Shown piece by piece: positions 1-9,527 of a DNA stretch of 64,000 nucleotides; position 1 is the first letter of the stretch; each line of letters begins with the position of its first letter. Position numbers and translations under genes: made by a program. The notes under the pieces are model-generated. The model was not told the origin of the DNA. It searched no databases and was given only the letters and a program-made list of their open reading frames with translations. This DNA comes from an uncultured virus (IMG/VR IMGVR_UViG_3300048839_001435) (taxonomy: Duplodnaviria > Heunggongvirae > Uroviricota > Caudoviricetes), in IMG/VR virus record IMGVR_UViG_3300048839_001435; one strand, written 5' to 3'.

Positions 1-101
1 GCAACAGCACGGCCGTCGACCTGCAGCTCGTGGGCGAGGGCTACCGTGGCCCCGCCGGCGACGTTGGCGAACGTCAGGACGTTCTTGAGCTGGGTCGCCA
101 T
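1..101 (-). CDS. 5' part of a putative virion protein (MATQLKNVLTFANVAGGATVALAHELQVDGRAV...), runs off the window; paralog of 1334-1909
   Basis: Hand translation from ATG at 101; TAGGCT -10 box at 116-111; N-terminus aligns with ORF 1334. Confidence 0.7.
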   Translation of the reverse strand, partial: MATQLKNVLTFANVAGGATVALAHELQVDGRAV

Positions 102-143
102 GCCTCACGGAGCCTACCATGGCCAAGCGCCTGATCCGGCCTT

Positions 144-171
144 GATCGCTGCTGCGATCTGCGCGTAGACT
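144..171 (+). promoter_or_regulatory. GATC-N8-GATC box (GATCGCTGCTGCGATC) plus -10 TAGACT
   Basis: Recurrent intergenic palindrome at 144-159, TAGACT at 166-171. Confidence 0.75.
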
Positions 172-196
172 ACCTGTCAACAGGAGCGCATCGTCA

Positions 197-568
197 ATGC
201 CAAGCAAGAAGAAGCGCAAGGCCCCGCGCATCATGAAGTGGGTCGAGATGGGCTGCGAGGGCGTCGACAAGCAGGGTCGGCTCCGCAAGGGCTTCGGCCC
301 GCCGGCGGCCAAGGGCCAGTGCCCCAAGCCCAGCAAGGCGCAGAGCCGCAAGCGCACGGCCGGCATCGTCGCCCGCGTCCGCGACTGCGCCCCGCTGTTC
401 CGCAAGGCGGCCGGCACCGGCTTCAAGAAGGGCTACAAGCAGTGCCTCAAGAGCCAGGGCCAGGCCGCGCCGTCGGACAGCGCGCTCGACCGGCTGCTGA
501 GCATCGGCAAGGGCCGCAACGTCGCGCTCCGCGGCTCTGGCGCGCGCCGCCGTCGCCGTCGGCACTAG
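197..568 (+). CDS. Small basic Lys/Arg/Cys-rich protein, putative DNA-condensing or core protein
   Basis: RBS AGGAG; GC3-rich codons; ends LRGSGARRRRRRH. Confidence 0.75.
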   Translation: MPSKKKRKAPRIMKWVEMGCEGVDKQGRLRKGFGPPAAKGQCPKPSKAQSRKRTAGIVARVRDCAPLFRKAAGTGFKKGYKQCLKSQGQAAPSDSALDRLLSIGKGRNVALRGSGARRRRRRH

Positions 569-609
569 GCCGGCCTCCACTTCCCACCCATCGAACAGGA
601 ACAAACACC

Positions 610-999
610 ATGGCGAAGAAGTATGGCCCGGCCGACAGCAAGTGGTACCGCTGCGCGGGCGTCCACAAGCGCGGCCCCAAGCAGGGCAAGATCAAGATCG
701 GCTACACCGTCAACCCCAAGGGTGGATGCCCCAAGCCGGCCGGCAAGAAGGCCGCGAAGGCGGCCAAGACCAAGACGTGCCTGCCCTCCATCAAGAAGGG
801 CTACGCCTACGGCTTCCTGAAGGGCCGCAAGGCGTGCACCGGCTCGGCGCCGGTCCAGGACGTCTGGGAGCAGGTCGCGCGCATGGCGGCGGCGCAGCAG
901 GAGAACGAGGCCGAGCGTGAGCGCCACCTGCCGCGGCAGATGGACGGCGCGCGCTGGCGCAAGCCGAAGCGGCGCAAGGCCAAGCGGAGCCGCCGCTAG
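610..999 (+). CDS. Small basic Cys-containing protein, paralog-like to 197-568
   Basis: RBS AGGA, ATG at 610; shares C-x-G-V-x-K-x-G, GxCPKP and KKGY motifs with ORF 197; ends MDGARWRKPKRRKAKRSRR. Confidence 0.75.
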   Translation: MAKKYGPADSKWYRCAGVHKRGPKQGKIKIGYTVNPKGGCPKPAGKKAAKAAKTKTCLPSIKKGYAYGFLKGRKACTGSAPVQDVWEQVARMAAAQQENEAERERHLPRQMDGARWRKPKRRKAKRSRR

Positions 1000-1287
1000 G
1001 TGGCCAAGCCCGCAGCACATCGCCTGGTGACGTCAGCCAAGGACTGGAAGCGGCGCGCTCCGAAGTCCAGTGCTGACCGACGTCACCTGCGCGATCGCTG
1101 CGGGTCCTCGGCGTTTCTGGTGCCCGGTCGACTGAAGTACCCGGTCATGGCGAAGGCGGGGCCGTGCCAGCTCGACTGCATCGGGCTCCGCGCGGCGGCA
1201 CTGCGCGCTCAACTCCAGCGCCGGCCGCAGCTCGCGGCGAAGGCGCGGCGTATCGCGAAGCGATCCAAGTGTGTCTGGGCCGTCTAG
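1000..1287 (+). CDS. Small basic Cys-rich hypothetical protein
   Basis: GTG directly after previous stop; motif RCGSSAFLVP..LKYPV...C.LDC.GL.AA..RA. Confidence 0.7.
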   Translation: MAKPAAHRLVTSAKDWKRRAPKSSADRRHLRDRCGSSAFLVPGRLKYPVMAKAGPCQLDCIGLRAAALRAQLQRRPQLAAKARRIAKRSKCVWAV

Positions 1288-1300
1288 GCCCCGCTACTTG

Positions 1301-1327
1301 GATCGCAGCTACGATCCGCGTTAGGAT
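1301..1327 (+). promoter_or_regulatory. GATC box (GATCGCAGCTACGATC) plus -10 TAGGAT, leaderless
   Basis: -10 ends 6 nt before ATG 1334. Confidence 0.75.
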
Positions 1328-1333
1328 ACCCCC

Positions 1334-1909
1334 ATGGCGAACCGGCTTTGGACCGTCCTGACGTTCAACAACATCGCCGGTGGTGGTGGGGTCTCGACGC
1401 AGGCGCACGACCTGCACGTCAGCCTCTACGCCAGGACGCCAGACGTCCTGTGGTGCAACAACTCGTCGTTCTCGATCACCGCCGACGCGACCGACGTGAC
1501 GGTGACCAACAACGCGGCGGGGGCGGAGTCGTGCAACGTCCTCGTGATGTCGTTGCACTCGATCCTGCGGTCGTTCGGCTCGTCGGCCGTCGACACGATG
1601 ACGCCGCAGCCCGTGTACTTCACCTCCAGCGGAGGCGGAGGCGGTGGCGGCGGCGCATCGGTCGCGCAGCGGTTCACGGAAGTGCTGACGGGCGCCGAGG
1701 GCAGCGACTTCCTCGTCACGCTACCCGTCGCGATGGCGACGGACACATACCTCGTCTGGGCGCAGCTGCAGGGCGTGACCGCCATGTACAGCATCGACCT
1801 GCCCGATCTGATCCCCGGCGACCGCACGACAACGCAGTTCCGGGTGATCACGACGGCCGACGTCGCAGCCGGCGACGAGATTTCGTTCTACGTCGACGAC
1901 CCCGCCTAG
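1334..1909 (+). CDS. Putative virion structural protein, two beta-rich domains joined by poly-Gly
   Basis: ORF track; Thr/Val/Ser-rich beta pattern; poly-Gly linker. Confidence 0.7.
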   Translation: MANRLWTVLTFNNIAGGGGVSTQAHDLHVSLYARTPDVLWCNNSSFSITADATDVTVTNNAAGAESCNVLVMSLHSILRSFGSSAVDTMTPQPVYFTSSGGGGGGGGASVAQRFTEVLTGAEGSDFLVTLPVAMATDTYLVWAQLQGVTAMYSIDLPDLIPGDRTTTQFRVITTADVAAGDEISFYVDDPA

Positions 1910-1936
1910 TGCCTTCGGCACGAGGCGCAATAGATT

Positions 1937-1976
1937 GATCCTGGACGCGATCGCGGCTAGGATCGTGGCTGCGATC
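1937..1976 (+). promoter_or_regulatory. Two tandem GATC boxes (1937-1952, 1961-1976) with -10 TAGGAT at 1958-1963
   Basis: GATCCTGGACGCGATC and GATCGTGGCTGCGATC. Confidence 0.7.
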
Positions 1977-2014
1977 CGCCATCAAGTTCAAACGGCGGGT
2001 CTCAGGAGCCAATC

Positions 2015-2524
2015 ATGGGTCGTCTGCCTACTGCCTTCGCGGGCCGGAACATCGCCTTCCGCGTCCCCTACAACATGCCGGGCGAACTGGCCGTCTCGTT
2101 CAACACGACCGGCAACCAGTTCCCGGACGCGGTGTTCAGCCACCAGGTCGACAAGCCGTTCGAGATCCACCGCGTGGTGCCTCGGATCGTCGCCCTCGAC
2201 AGCAACGACCTCGTCCTCGGCGACGTCCAGCCGACCCAGGACCTGCTCGGCCAGCTCGTTCGCCTGTTCATCACGGACTTCGGCAAGAACGAGAACCTGA
2301 TGAAGTCGCCGGCGCTCATCGACGTGCTCACCAAGGGCAGCTCGGAGCGCACGTGGGAGTGGGCCGAGCCGTACACGATCGACCGCTCGGAGGGCTTCAC
2401 GGTCCGCGTCGACGTCCTGCCGGCGCCCGCGTCGTTCGCCGGCGACGGCATCGACAGCCTCAAGGTCGAGCTGGACTTCCAGGGCTTCCTGCTCGTCGTC
2501 GGAGCGCCCAGCGAGAACCGCTAA
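2015..2524 (+). CDS. Putative single jelly-roll capsid or penton-like protein
   Basis: RBS AGGAG; 169 aa, alternating beta strands, W.W.EPY.I...F.V.V and terminal V.L.FQG strand; fold inferred only. Confidence 0.5.
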   Translation: MGRLPTAFAGRNIAFRVPYNMPGELAVSFNTTGNQFPDAVFSHQVDKPFEIHRVVPRIVALDSNDLVLGDVQPTQDLLGQLVRLFITDFGKNENLMKSPALIDVLTKGSSERTWEWAEPYTIDRSEGFTVRVDVLPAPASFAGDGIDSLKVELDFQGFLLVVGAPSENR

Positions 2525-2530
2525 GCTGCC

Positions 2531-2887
2531 ATGAAGCCGCAGCCCTACAACGACCTGATGAAGCCGTCGACCGTCGGGACGCTCAACGTCCCGACGATCC
2601 CAACGCCGGCGCCGGCAACGATCGTCAAGTCGGCCGACCGCCCGATGCGTGTCGTCGTACGCAACTCGGGCGGCGCCAACCTGCGGATCGCGCACGACAC
2701 CAACTCGCTCATCACCCAGGCGTCCGACGTCGCGACGCACTTCCAGCTGGCGATCGGCGACGAAGACACGTTCATCCTCGCCCCGCGCCAGGGGCTGTTC
2801 GCCATCGCCACCGGCGCCGGCGGCCAGCTCAGCTTCGCTGCGAGCGACGCACTGCCGCTGCCGCTCATCGAGAGAGGTGTCAAGTGA
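2531..2887 (+). CDS. Small beta-rich protein, putative virion component
   Basis: ORF track; V.VRNSG...L.I pattern; in operon with 2015. Confidence 0.65.
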   Translation: MKPQPYNDLMKPSTVGTLNVPTIPTPAPATIVKSADRPMRVVVRNSGGANLRIAHDTNSLITQASDVATHFQLAIGDEDTFILAPRQGLFAIATGAGGQLSFAASDALPLPLIERGVK

Positions 2888-3735
2888 GTACGCCAATCCA
2901 ACCGCAGTGGACGATGCAGCAGGCCAAGGCGCTGGGCTTCAGCGTCTGGGAAGCCTACTTCGCGAACTGGGGCGCTGACCCAAGCGGCAACAACTTCTAT
3001 CCCGATACGGCCGCCACTGGGGACACGCTCGGATCGGTGGCGGCGATCGCTATCGGCCCTCGAAGCACCGTCGATCGCGTGATGATCGCCGAGACGCTTC
3101 CAACTCCGCTGGGCGGCTTGGTGTCCATCTGGAACGACGGCTTCCGGGTGATCGGCCGCAGCAGTGTTCGCGTCGGAAGTCCGCTGCGGACTCCAGCGTC
3201 CGGTCCGCTGGGGATCCTCGCGTGGACGGCGTATGATGCCGGAACGACATACCAACCCGACGGAGGGGCTATTGCGCCGCTCCCCGTGGCCTCGATGGAG
3301 ATGCCGCAACTCCACATCCAGTTCTTCCTCAAGAACGTGCCGGGCGCGACGATCCCGCTCATCCGGGATCCGATGTTCCGTTCGCGGACCTTTTCTGGCG
3401 CTGCGGCTGGGCCAGAGGCACTCAGCACGGGCTGGCCCGTTCAAGGTCGGCGTCGCGCCCGACTACACTTCAACGTATCGGCGGGGACGGTGACCTTCCG
3501 CGTCACCGGAATCATGGCTCCGGGCCAGGAAGGGGTGTCGCTTGGCATCCCGATCGAGCGGACCATCGCCGAGGTTGCCGGCATCACGGGCAACAACACC
3601 GCGTACATCGACACGGGACTGGCCTACGACTGGCTCATGGTCTATCGCACGGTCACCGCGGGGCCGGCCAACTTCATGTACTCGATGATCGCCCAAGACG
3701 AGGGCAGCATCAGCGGCGTCGAGTCTGCAACCTAG
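2884..3735 (+). CDS. Beta-rich hypothetical protein, putative virion component
   Basis: GTG at 2884 overlaps previous stop (GTGA). Confidence 0.65.
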   Translation: MSTPIQPQWTMQQAKALGFSVWEAYFANWGADPSGNNFYPDTAATGDTLGSVAAIAIGPRSTVDRVMIAETLPTPLGGLVSIWNDGFRVIGRSSVRVGSPLRTPASGPLGILAWTAYDAGTTYQPDGGAIAPLPVASMEMPQLHIQFFLKNVPGATIPLIRDPMFRSRTFSGAAAGPEALSTGWPVQGRRRARLHFNVSAGTVTFRVTGIMAPGQEGVSLGIPIERTIAEVAGITGNNTAYIDTGLAYDWLMVYRTVTAGPANFMYSMIAQDEGSISGVESAT

Positions 3736-4496
3736 CCCGACGTGACGCCTCCCTGGCAGGAGAACATCAGCTCCAACATCTCGCGCTCGTTCTGCGTGGT
3801 GCCGGAACAGTGTGGCCCGGTGACGTCTACGCCATCCTCGAAGGCGCAGACGTCGCCGTCGACTGCGATCGACATGCACGTAGCTGCCGTGCGGTCGAGG
3901 CCCGCCACGCGCCCGACCATCTGAAGCGTCGTCCGGAGGCGCAGCGCGAAGGTGTTCGACGCCTCGAACCCAACGAAGCCGATCCTGCGATACTCGACCT
4001 GTCCGCAGATGGGCTGGTACATGAACGGCTCCAGGTAAATGTCCTCCGGCCACGTCGTGCTCACGACGATCATGGCGTACGGGACGTCGGCGGCGGGACG
4101 CTCCGTCACGATGATCGGATCGAACTCGGCCAGCTTCGATTCGAGGAACGCCGTGACCGCCGAGAACTGTGCCGGTGATAGCGGCGTCGCCGTGAACGCG
4201 GTGTCCAGGATCGCCGAGCGGTTGGTCAGCGGGTTCTCGAACCCCGGCCGGAACGTCTCGCCCTCGTTGTTGAGGTAGATCGTCACCGGGCGGCAGTACG
4301 GATCGGCGTCAGGCGCTGGCGCCGCGTCGATGGTGCCGCCGTCTCCGGGCAATAGGCTGCCGTCACCATCGCTGGAGGCGATCGCGTCGGGGGAGATCGT
4401 GTCGTCACCGTCGTCATCCGCGACGGTCGCGGCGCCACCACAGGCCGTGGCTGTCACCGCGAGCAGAATTCCAAAGACCGTCGTTGCCAGCTTCAT
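3732..4496 (-). CDS. Lipoprotein resembling myxobacterial secreted proteins
   Basis: Signal peptide with lipobox (ATAC-GG), acidic linker, IYLN..G.T..PG domain, paired Cys. Confidence 0.7.
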   Translation of the reverse strand: MKLATTVFGILLAVTATACGGAATVADDDGDDTISPDAIASSDGDGSLLPGDGGTIDAAPAPDADPYCRPVTIYLNNEGETFRPGFENPLTNRSAILDTAFTATPLSPAQFSAVTAFLESKLAEFDPIIVTERPAADVPYAMIVVSTTWPEDIYLEPFMYQPICGQVEYRRIGFVGFEASNTFALRLRTTLQMVGRVAGLDRTAATCMSIAVDGDVCAFEDGVDVTGPHCSGTTQNEREMLELMFSCQGGVTSG

Positions 4497-4542
4497 CGTA
4501 TGACAACCGTTGCGCGTCCGCGCACAGGTTGTCAAGCGTAGC

Positions 4543-5977
4543 TCACCGCCAGCGGCGGTTCAGCGGAGCTGGGTGCGTCGGAAACGTGCGCTGAGACACG
4601 CGCGGGATGCACACGTGGGCGCGACCTCCGCCGGGGCACAGCAGGCTGTAGCAAGCCCCTGGGGCGAAGCCGTGAGCAAGCGCCCAGGCGATGAGGCAGT
4701 CGTAGCTGATGGCGCCGGCGTCACAGGGAGACGCCGTGTGCGGGTTGCACACGGGCCTCCGCTGGTTCTGCGGCGCGGGGTGGTTGGGGAAGAACGCGGC
4801 CGTCAGCATGGACTACTCCTGGAGGCTTCGGATGAACGCCGTCGCTTGGTGTTCGATGTGGTCGAAGACCGCGGCGGCGGCGTGCCGCTTGAGCGTCTCG
4901 CGGTCGTTGGCGGTCACGACGATGCCCAGGTCTTCGATGGATCCGATGAGCCCGACAGGGCTGCGAACCACCTGAACATGGAGCAGCATGCTGCCGACGG
5001 TCAGCGCGAAAGGCTCTTCGAGCCCTACGGGAGCTGGCTGCATGTGGGTGTCGAGCAGCATATCCCGCCGGCGCCGGCTACGCCAGAGGGCAGCGGACCC
5101 GCAGGAAGTCAGCCACTTCCAGCAACGCTGTCCGGTACTGCTCGGGGGTGGCCGGACGGCCGTACTCGTCCTTGTTGCGGCACGGCGGCGACGCCCACAC
5201 GATGCGCCCGAGCTTGTTCTGCGTCAGGTCGCGGTTTCGGTAGACGTGGAAGAAGAACCCCTCTGGACCCCCCGTGAAACAGAACACGACGACGAAGTTC
5301 GGCCCGTAGTGCATAGCCCACTGAGAACGAATTTCGCCGTCCTTGCCCAGCTCGGGGGCGCAGGGAGACCCGATGACTTCCTCGGCGAGTTGAATCACGC
5401 CGAAGAACAAGCTGATGTCGGCCGGGTTCCCGTCGGGCAGAATGCTCATGGAGGAGGCTCCGTCTTCTTGGCGACGCGCCGTGCGGCTTGATGCCGGCGA
5501 CAGTCGCCGCAGATCCAGTCTGTGTCGCCGTTGCCGACTGGCTGACGTAGCCAGCCGGCGCTGGCAGCTGTGTCGTTGACGCTCTCAGCTTCGATCGCGA
5601 CGACGATCTCCCCGACACGCAGCAGGGCGTTGACGCTCAGCCGCGCGGCGCAGTAGCGGCACTCCAACACAGCTTGGATACGACTTGGAGCCATCGCCCT
5701 GAGCATACCAAGGTAGCTATGCCGGTCGGACGATCTCGACGACGAAGTTACTGCCATCGGCGATCGCGATGCGGTGGAGCCGTCGACTCGGGTCTTCCAA
5801 GACGAGGCTCCACGACGTGTCGTCGATCGCGACAGCCCGCACGACGCCCGTGCACACCGTGTGGTACAGCGGGGTGGGGCCCGAGAACGTCCCCGTGTTC
5901 GACCACGGACTAGAGATGTCCTGCAACACCTGGACGCTCGCGCCGAGGAGATCGGAGTGGAACGCCCGCATGCCTAG
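4543..5977 (-). other. Run of small coupled hypothetical ORFs (about 4543-4809, 4813-5061, 5078-5449, 5446-5710, 5717-5972)
   Basis: Abutting minus-strand ORFs; one has CxxC...WICGDC zinc-finger motifs. Confidence 0.55.
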
Positions 5978-8295
5978 ATCTTGATCTCGACGTCCTTCAT
6001 CTCGACGACGCCCACCAGGTCGTTGCCGTCGAGCTTGAGCGTCATCGTGTTCTCCTCCAGCGAGGCGAACTCGTCGAACCAGATCTGCCCCACCACGATC
6101 GAGAACACGCGCTGCGCCTTGTTGAAGATGCAGCCGCGCGTCGCGGCCGTCGTGGCGTCGAGCTTGCCGTCGAGCCACTTCTCGTGGAACTTGTCCGGGT
6201 TCTTGGCGAAGAAGCGATCGACCTCTTCGATCGTCTCTGCCATCAGCGCAGCGTTGCCCGTGACCTTGCCCTTGGCCATCTTCTCGCGGACGTCCTTGAC
6301 GGACGGCAGCGTGCTGTAGCCCTTGAGGCTCACGGCGAGCTGCTTGCCGACGTAGAAGTCGGTGCTCTCGGCGACGACCTGCTTGGGCGAGAAGCCCGAG
6401 TAGTCCGTGATGCCCTGCTCCTTGAGCCAGTTCGCGGCGGCCTCACCGTAGCTCGCCTTGAAGCCCTTCGACTCCTTCGGCCACTTGTCCTTCTTGATCG
6501 TGTTGTAGACCTTCTGCTCGGCGCGCAGCTTGGTCAGCTCCCACTCCAGCGTGAACAGATCCTTGGCGCTGGCCGCCTTGATCATCTTGCGGTTCATGAT
6601 CGGCAGCTTGCCGACGTTGATGACCTCGGCGCCGCCTTCGAGCGTGACCTCGACGCCGGCGTTCCGCAGCGTCTTGCGCGCCGCCGGACTCATCACGACC
6701 GGCAGCTTGTCGACGTTGACGAGCCCGTCCTTGACGATGGCGTAGTTGCGGTAGATGAACGTCGGGAACGTCTCGGGGATGCTGCCCTTGAACTCGGCGG
6801 GCAGGCGTCCCGCGAGGTTGACCGTACCCTCCTTGCGGACCAGCACGCTGATGTTCGGGCGCTCCTCGTTGTACGTCAGCGAGGAGACGGCGTAGCCGTC
6901 AGCCGCCGGCCGCGGCTCGAACTTCAGCGACGTGCGCTTCGACGCCATGATCGCGTCGATCTCAGCCTGGTACTCCTTGATCTTGGCCACGGCCTTGGTC
7001 TTGCGCATTTTCGCCGTCAGCTCGTCGACCTGGGCCTGCTCCTCGGTCGACAGGTTCTCGTCGGCGTCGACCCGCGCCCGCGAGATCCGGTTGTAGGCGA
7101 ACGCGGGGTGGTCGAGCAGCAGCCGGCACTTATCGTCCTGGCTCAGCGTCTGGAGCAGGTCGAACACCGTGAAGGCGTCGTCCGGCGGCACCCGCGTCGG
7201 GTCCCAGCCCGACGTGTACCGCTTGCTGTCGTCGAACGCTGCCGCCTGCGCGGCCTGCATGAAGTCGGAGTAGCGCTGCTTGCCGAAGCAGACCGAGAAC
7301 GCGTTGATGAACGACACGTCTCCGATCGCGCGCAGGATCGGGTAGACGATGTCCGGCTTCATGCGCACCGCCAGGACGCTCATGGCGGCGTAGGCGTCCC
7401 CGATGGTGTCGCCGTCGCTGCGCGTCTTCGAGACGGTCGCGAGCGGGTCGCCGACCGTGCCGACCGGCGCCGGCGCCAGGTAGGCCAGCGACCGCGTGCC
7501 CTCGGGCACCAGCGCCTTGCCCGTGGACGTATCGAACGTCACGAGATCGCGGTTGTCGTCGAGCACCCAGCACAGGCCGAGGATCGGATCCCCCGCGACC
7601 GCGACCTCGATGCGCTTGCCGCCGGCGAGCGGCTTGGTGAGCGTCCGCTCGAACTCGGGCGCATACTTGTCGAAGGTGTCGGCGAAGATCAGGCTGCCGC
7701 CGGCCTTCTCCGCCATCGTGCTGAGCAGGTTGCGATCAGCGTAGTAGCCGTACTCGACGAACGTCGCGCTGGCGAGCTGCTTGCCCGTCTTCTCGACGGC
7801 GCGGACGATGTCGGGACGGGACCACTGGTTGTCGCAGCCGTCGCTCATGAAGAACAGCGCGAACACGGCATCCTTGGGACCCTGCTTGCCGATCTTGCCG
7901 ATCAGGCGGTCGACTTCCTCCATCGGCTCCTTGAAGCCCGTGAGCCCCACCGGCTTGAGCCAGCGGTCGATCGCGTGGTTGACCTCCTGGAGATCGGCCA
8001 GCGTCGCGACGGGCTCGGCCTCGATCAGCGTCCCGAACTGCCCGCGCCCCGAGAACCAGACGATGGAGATCGTGTCGTCCTTGTGGAGCAGCTTGGGCAG
8101 CCGCTTCTTGAGCTGCTCGCGGATCTTCGGCAGCTCCGACGACATGCTGCCGCTGCAGTCGATGACGGCGACGTGGTGCACTGGAGGCCGCACGGCCACC
8201 GGCTTTACCTTCGTGACGGGCTGCCGCACGAGGTAGAGGTTCTTGTCGATGCTGTGACTGATCGTGCCGACGGTCGTGATGCTGATCTTGGCCAT
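5974..8295 (-). CDS. Large VWA (von Willebrand A) domain protein; start 8295 or 8328
   Basis: MIDAS motif VIDCSGSMS, FFMSDG; strong codon bias. Confidence 0.85.
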   Translation of the reverse strand: MAKISITTVGTISHSIDKNLYLVRQPVTKVKPVAVRPPVHHVAVIDCSGSMSSELPKIREQLKKRLPKLLHKDDTISIVWFSGRGQFGTLIEAEPVATLADLQEVNHAIDRWLKPVGLTGFKEPMEEVDRLIGKIGKQGPKDAVFALFFMSDGCDNQWSRPDIVRAVEKTGKQLASATFVEYGYYADRNLLSTMAEKAGGSLIFADTFDKYAPEFERTLTKPLAGGKRIEVAVAGDPILGLCWVLDDNRDLVTFDTSTGKALVPEGTRSLAYLAPAPVGTVGDPLATVSKTRSDGDTIGDAYAAMSVLAVRMKPDIVYPILRAIGDVSFINAFSVCFGKQRYSDFMQAAQAAAFDDSKRYTSGWDPTRVPPDDAFTVFDLLQTLSQDDKCRLLLDHPAFAYNRISRARVDADENLSTEEQAQVDELTAKMRKTKAVAKIKEYQAEIDAIMASKRTSLKFEPRPAADGYAVSSLTYNEERPNISVLVRKEGTVNLAGRLPAEFKGSIPETFPTFIYRNYAIVKDGLVNVDKLPVVMSPAARKTLRNAGVEVTLEGGAEVINVGKLPIMNRKMIKAASAKDLFTLEWELTKLRAEQKVYNTIKKDKWPKESKGFKASYGEAAANWLKEQGITDYSGFSPKQVVAESTDFYVGKQLAVSLKGYSTLPSVKDVREKMAKGKVTGNAALMAETIEEVDRFFAKNPDKFHEKWLDGKLDATTAATRGCIFNKAQRVFSIVVGQIWFDEFASLEENTMTLKLDGNDLVGVVEMKDVEIKI

Positions 8296-8347
8296 GGTGC
8301 GGGCGACTGTATCCCGGGTGTCTGACAAGTCCGGTACGGCGCGGACC

Positions 8348-8376
8348 TTGACTTCTGCCGGCGGCCCTGTTAGGCT
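8348..8376 (+). promoter_or_regulatory. Sigma70-type promoter of the tRNA array
   Basis: TTGACT-17 nt-TAGGCT, 10 nt before tRNA-fMet. Confidence 0.7.
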
Positions 8377-8386
8377 TGTCTCACAT

Positions 8387-8463
8387 CGCGGGATGGAGCA
8401 GCCCGGTAGCTCGTGAGGCTCATAACCTCAAGATCGCAGGTTCAAATCCTGCTCCCGCAACCA
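8387..8463 (+). tRNA. tRNA-fMet(CAT)
   Basis: Cloverleaf, C1:A72 mismatch, encoded CCA. Confidence 0.95.
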
Positions 8464-8738
8464 CACCAGCAACCATACCACGCCAACGCCATGACGACAT
8501 CCTTCCGCACCTTCACGACCGAAACCGAGCGCGGCGCGCGCTTGGCGGCGGCGTGGCGCGGGTGCGGTAGGGACTCTGCCAGCGCGGGCTTTCTGGGTAT
8601 GGGCTATCTGTCGAAGCGCTCGCTCCACATCCAGGCCCCGCAGAACCCCAGGAGTGGCCTCATCGAGTAACCCGGCTAGAGATAGCCAGACCCGATGAGG
8701 CCGCCCAGGAGGAATCCTAGGCGGCCTCAGTCGTTTCT

Positions 8739-8818
8739 GGGGGTGTTGCGACTATGGAAGTCCGGCGGACTGTAAATCCGTTGCTTCGGCCAGCCAGGTT
8801 CGATTCCTGGCACCCCCA
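8739..8818 (+). tRNA. tRNA-Tyr(GTA)
   Basis: GGGGGTG/CACCCCC, loop CT-GTA-AA, variable arm. Confidence 0.9.
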
Positions 8819-8893
8819 CGATGCGCCACCTACGGCGCCGCATCGAACCTTCATGCCCCTCCAGCTCAAACAGACGACGCTCGGCATCCTCCG

Positions 8894-8966
8894 GCCGTCG
8901 TAGCTCAACAGGTAGAGCATCGTACTTTTAATACGATCGATAGGAGTTCGACTCTCCTCGGCGGCA
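8894..8966 (+). tRNA. tRNA-Lys(TTT)
   Basis: TCGTA-CT-TTT-AA-TACGA. Confidence 0.93.
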
Positions 8967-8972
8967 CTTCAT

Positions 8973-9043
8973 TCGGGCTTCGTCCAACGGTAGGACATCG
9001 GACTCTGACTCCGAGAATCTAGGTTCGAATCCTGGAGCCCGAA
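8973..9043 (+). tRNA. tRNA-Gln(CTG)
   Basis: TCGGA-CT-CTG-AC-TCCGA. Confidence 0.93.
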
Positions 9044-9187
9044 CCGCGCAACTGCGACACGCGTGATCGACCGGCACACACCAAAAACGCCAACAGACAC
9101 GGTGCCCGCGGGGCAAACGCACGATTCGTCGTGTATGACAAACGAATAGTTGACGACGAAGATGAGCAGGGCCCCGCCCTGCTCCAT

Positions 9188-9263
9188 GCCTCGGCAGCTT
9201 GGGAGGTCCAAGCGCTGGTCTGAAAAGCCGGAGAAGATCGTTCGACTCGATCCCGGGGCACCA
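9188..9263 (+). tRNA. tRNA-Phe(GAA)
   Basis: CTGGT-CT-GAA-AA-GCCGG, CCA. Confidence 0.93.
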
Positions 9264-9264
9264 T

Positions 9265-9337
9265 GGGTCCGTAGCTCATTTGGGAGAGCGCGTCGATGGC
9301 ATCGATGAGGTGAGGGGTTCGAATCCCCTCGGATCCA
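9265..9337 (+). tRNA. tRNA-Ala(GGC)
   Basis: G3:U70, loop AT-GGC-AT. Confidence 0.93.
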
Positions 9338-9343
9338 CGCTGT

Positions 9344-9419
9344 GTGCTCGTAGTTCAGCGGCCAGAACGCCGGTATGACACGCCGGAGATCGCAGGTTCG
9401 ATTCCTGCCGGGCACACCA
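9344..9419 (+). tRNA. tRNA-Val(GAC)
   Basis: CCGGT-AT-GAC-AC-GCCGG, CCA. Confidence 0.93.
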
Positions 9420-9420
9420 C

Positions 9421-9491
9421 GGGTTGCTAGTGTAACGGTCGCATACTTGGCTCTTAACCAAGCGGACAGGGTTCGAATCCCTGGCAGCCTA
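9421..9491 (+). tRNA. tRNA-Lys(CTT)
   Basis: CTTGG-CT-CTT-AA-CCAAG. Confidence 0.92.
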
Positions 9492-9527
9492 CTTTGATCA
9501 GTCGTGCGTGCTACATCATTTTCCACG

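Noticed and set aside
5974..8295. VWA protein as the Ro60/TROVE partner of the Y-like RNA
   Set aside because: The VWA domain is N-terminal with no recognisable TROVE region, and the gene is over 10 kb away on the opposite strand
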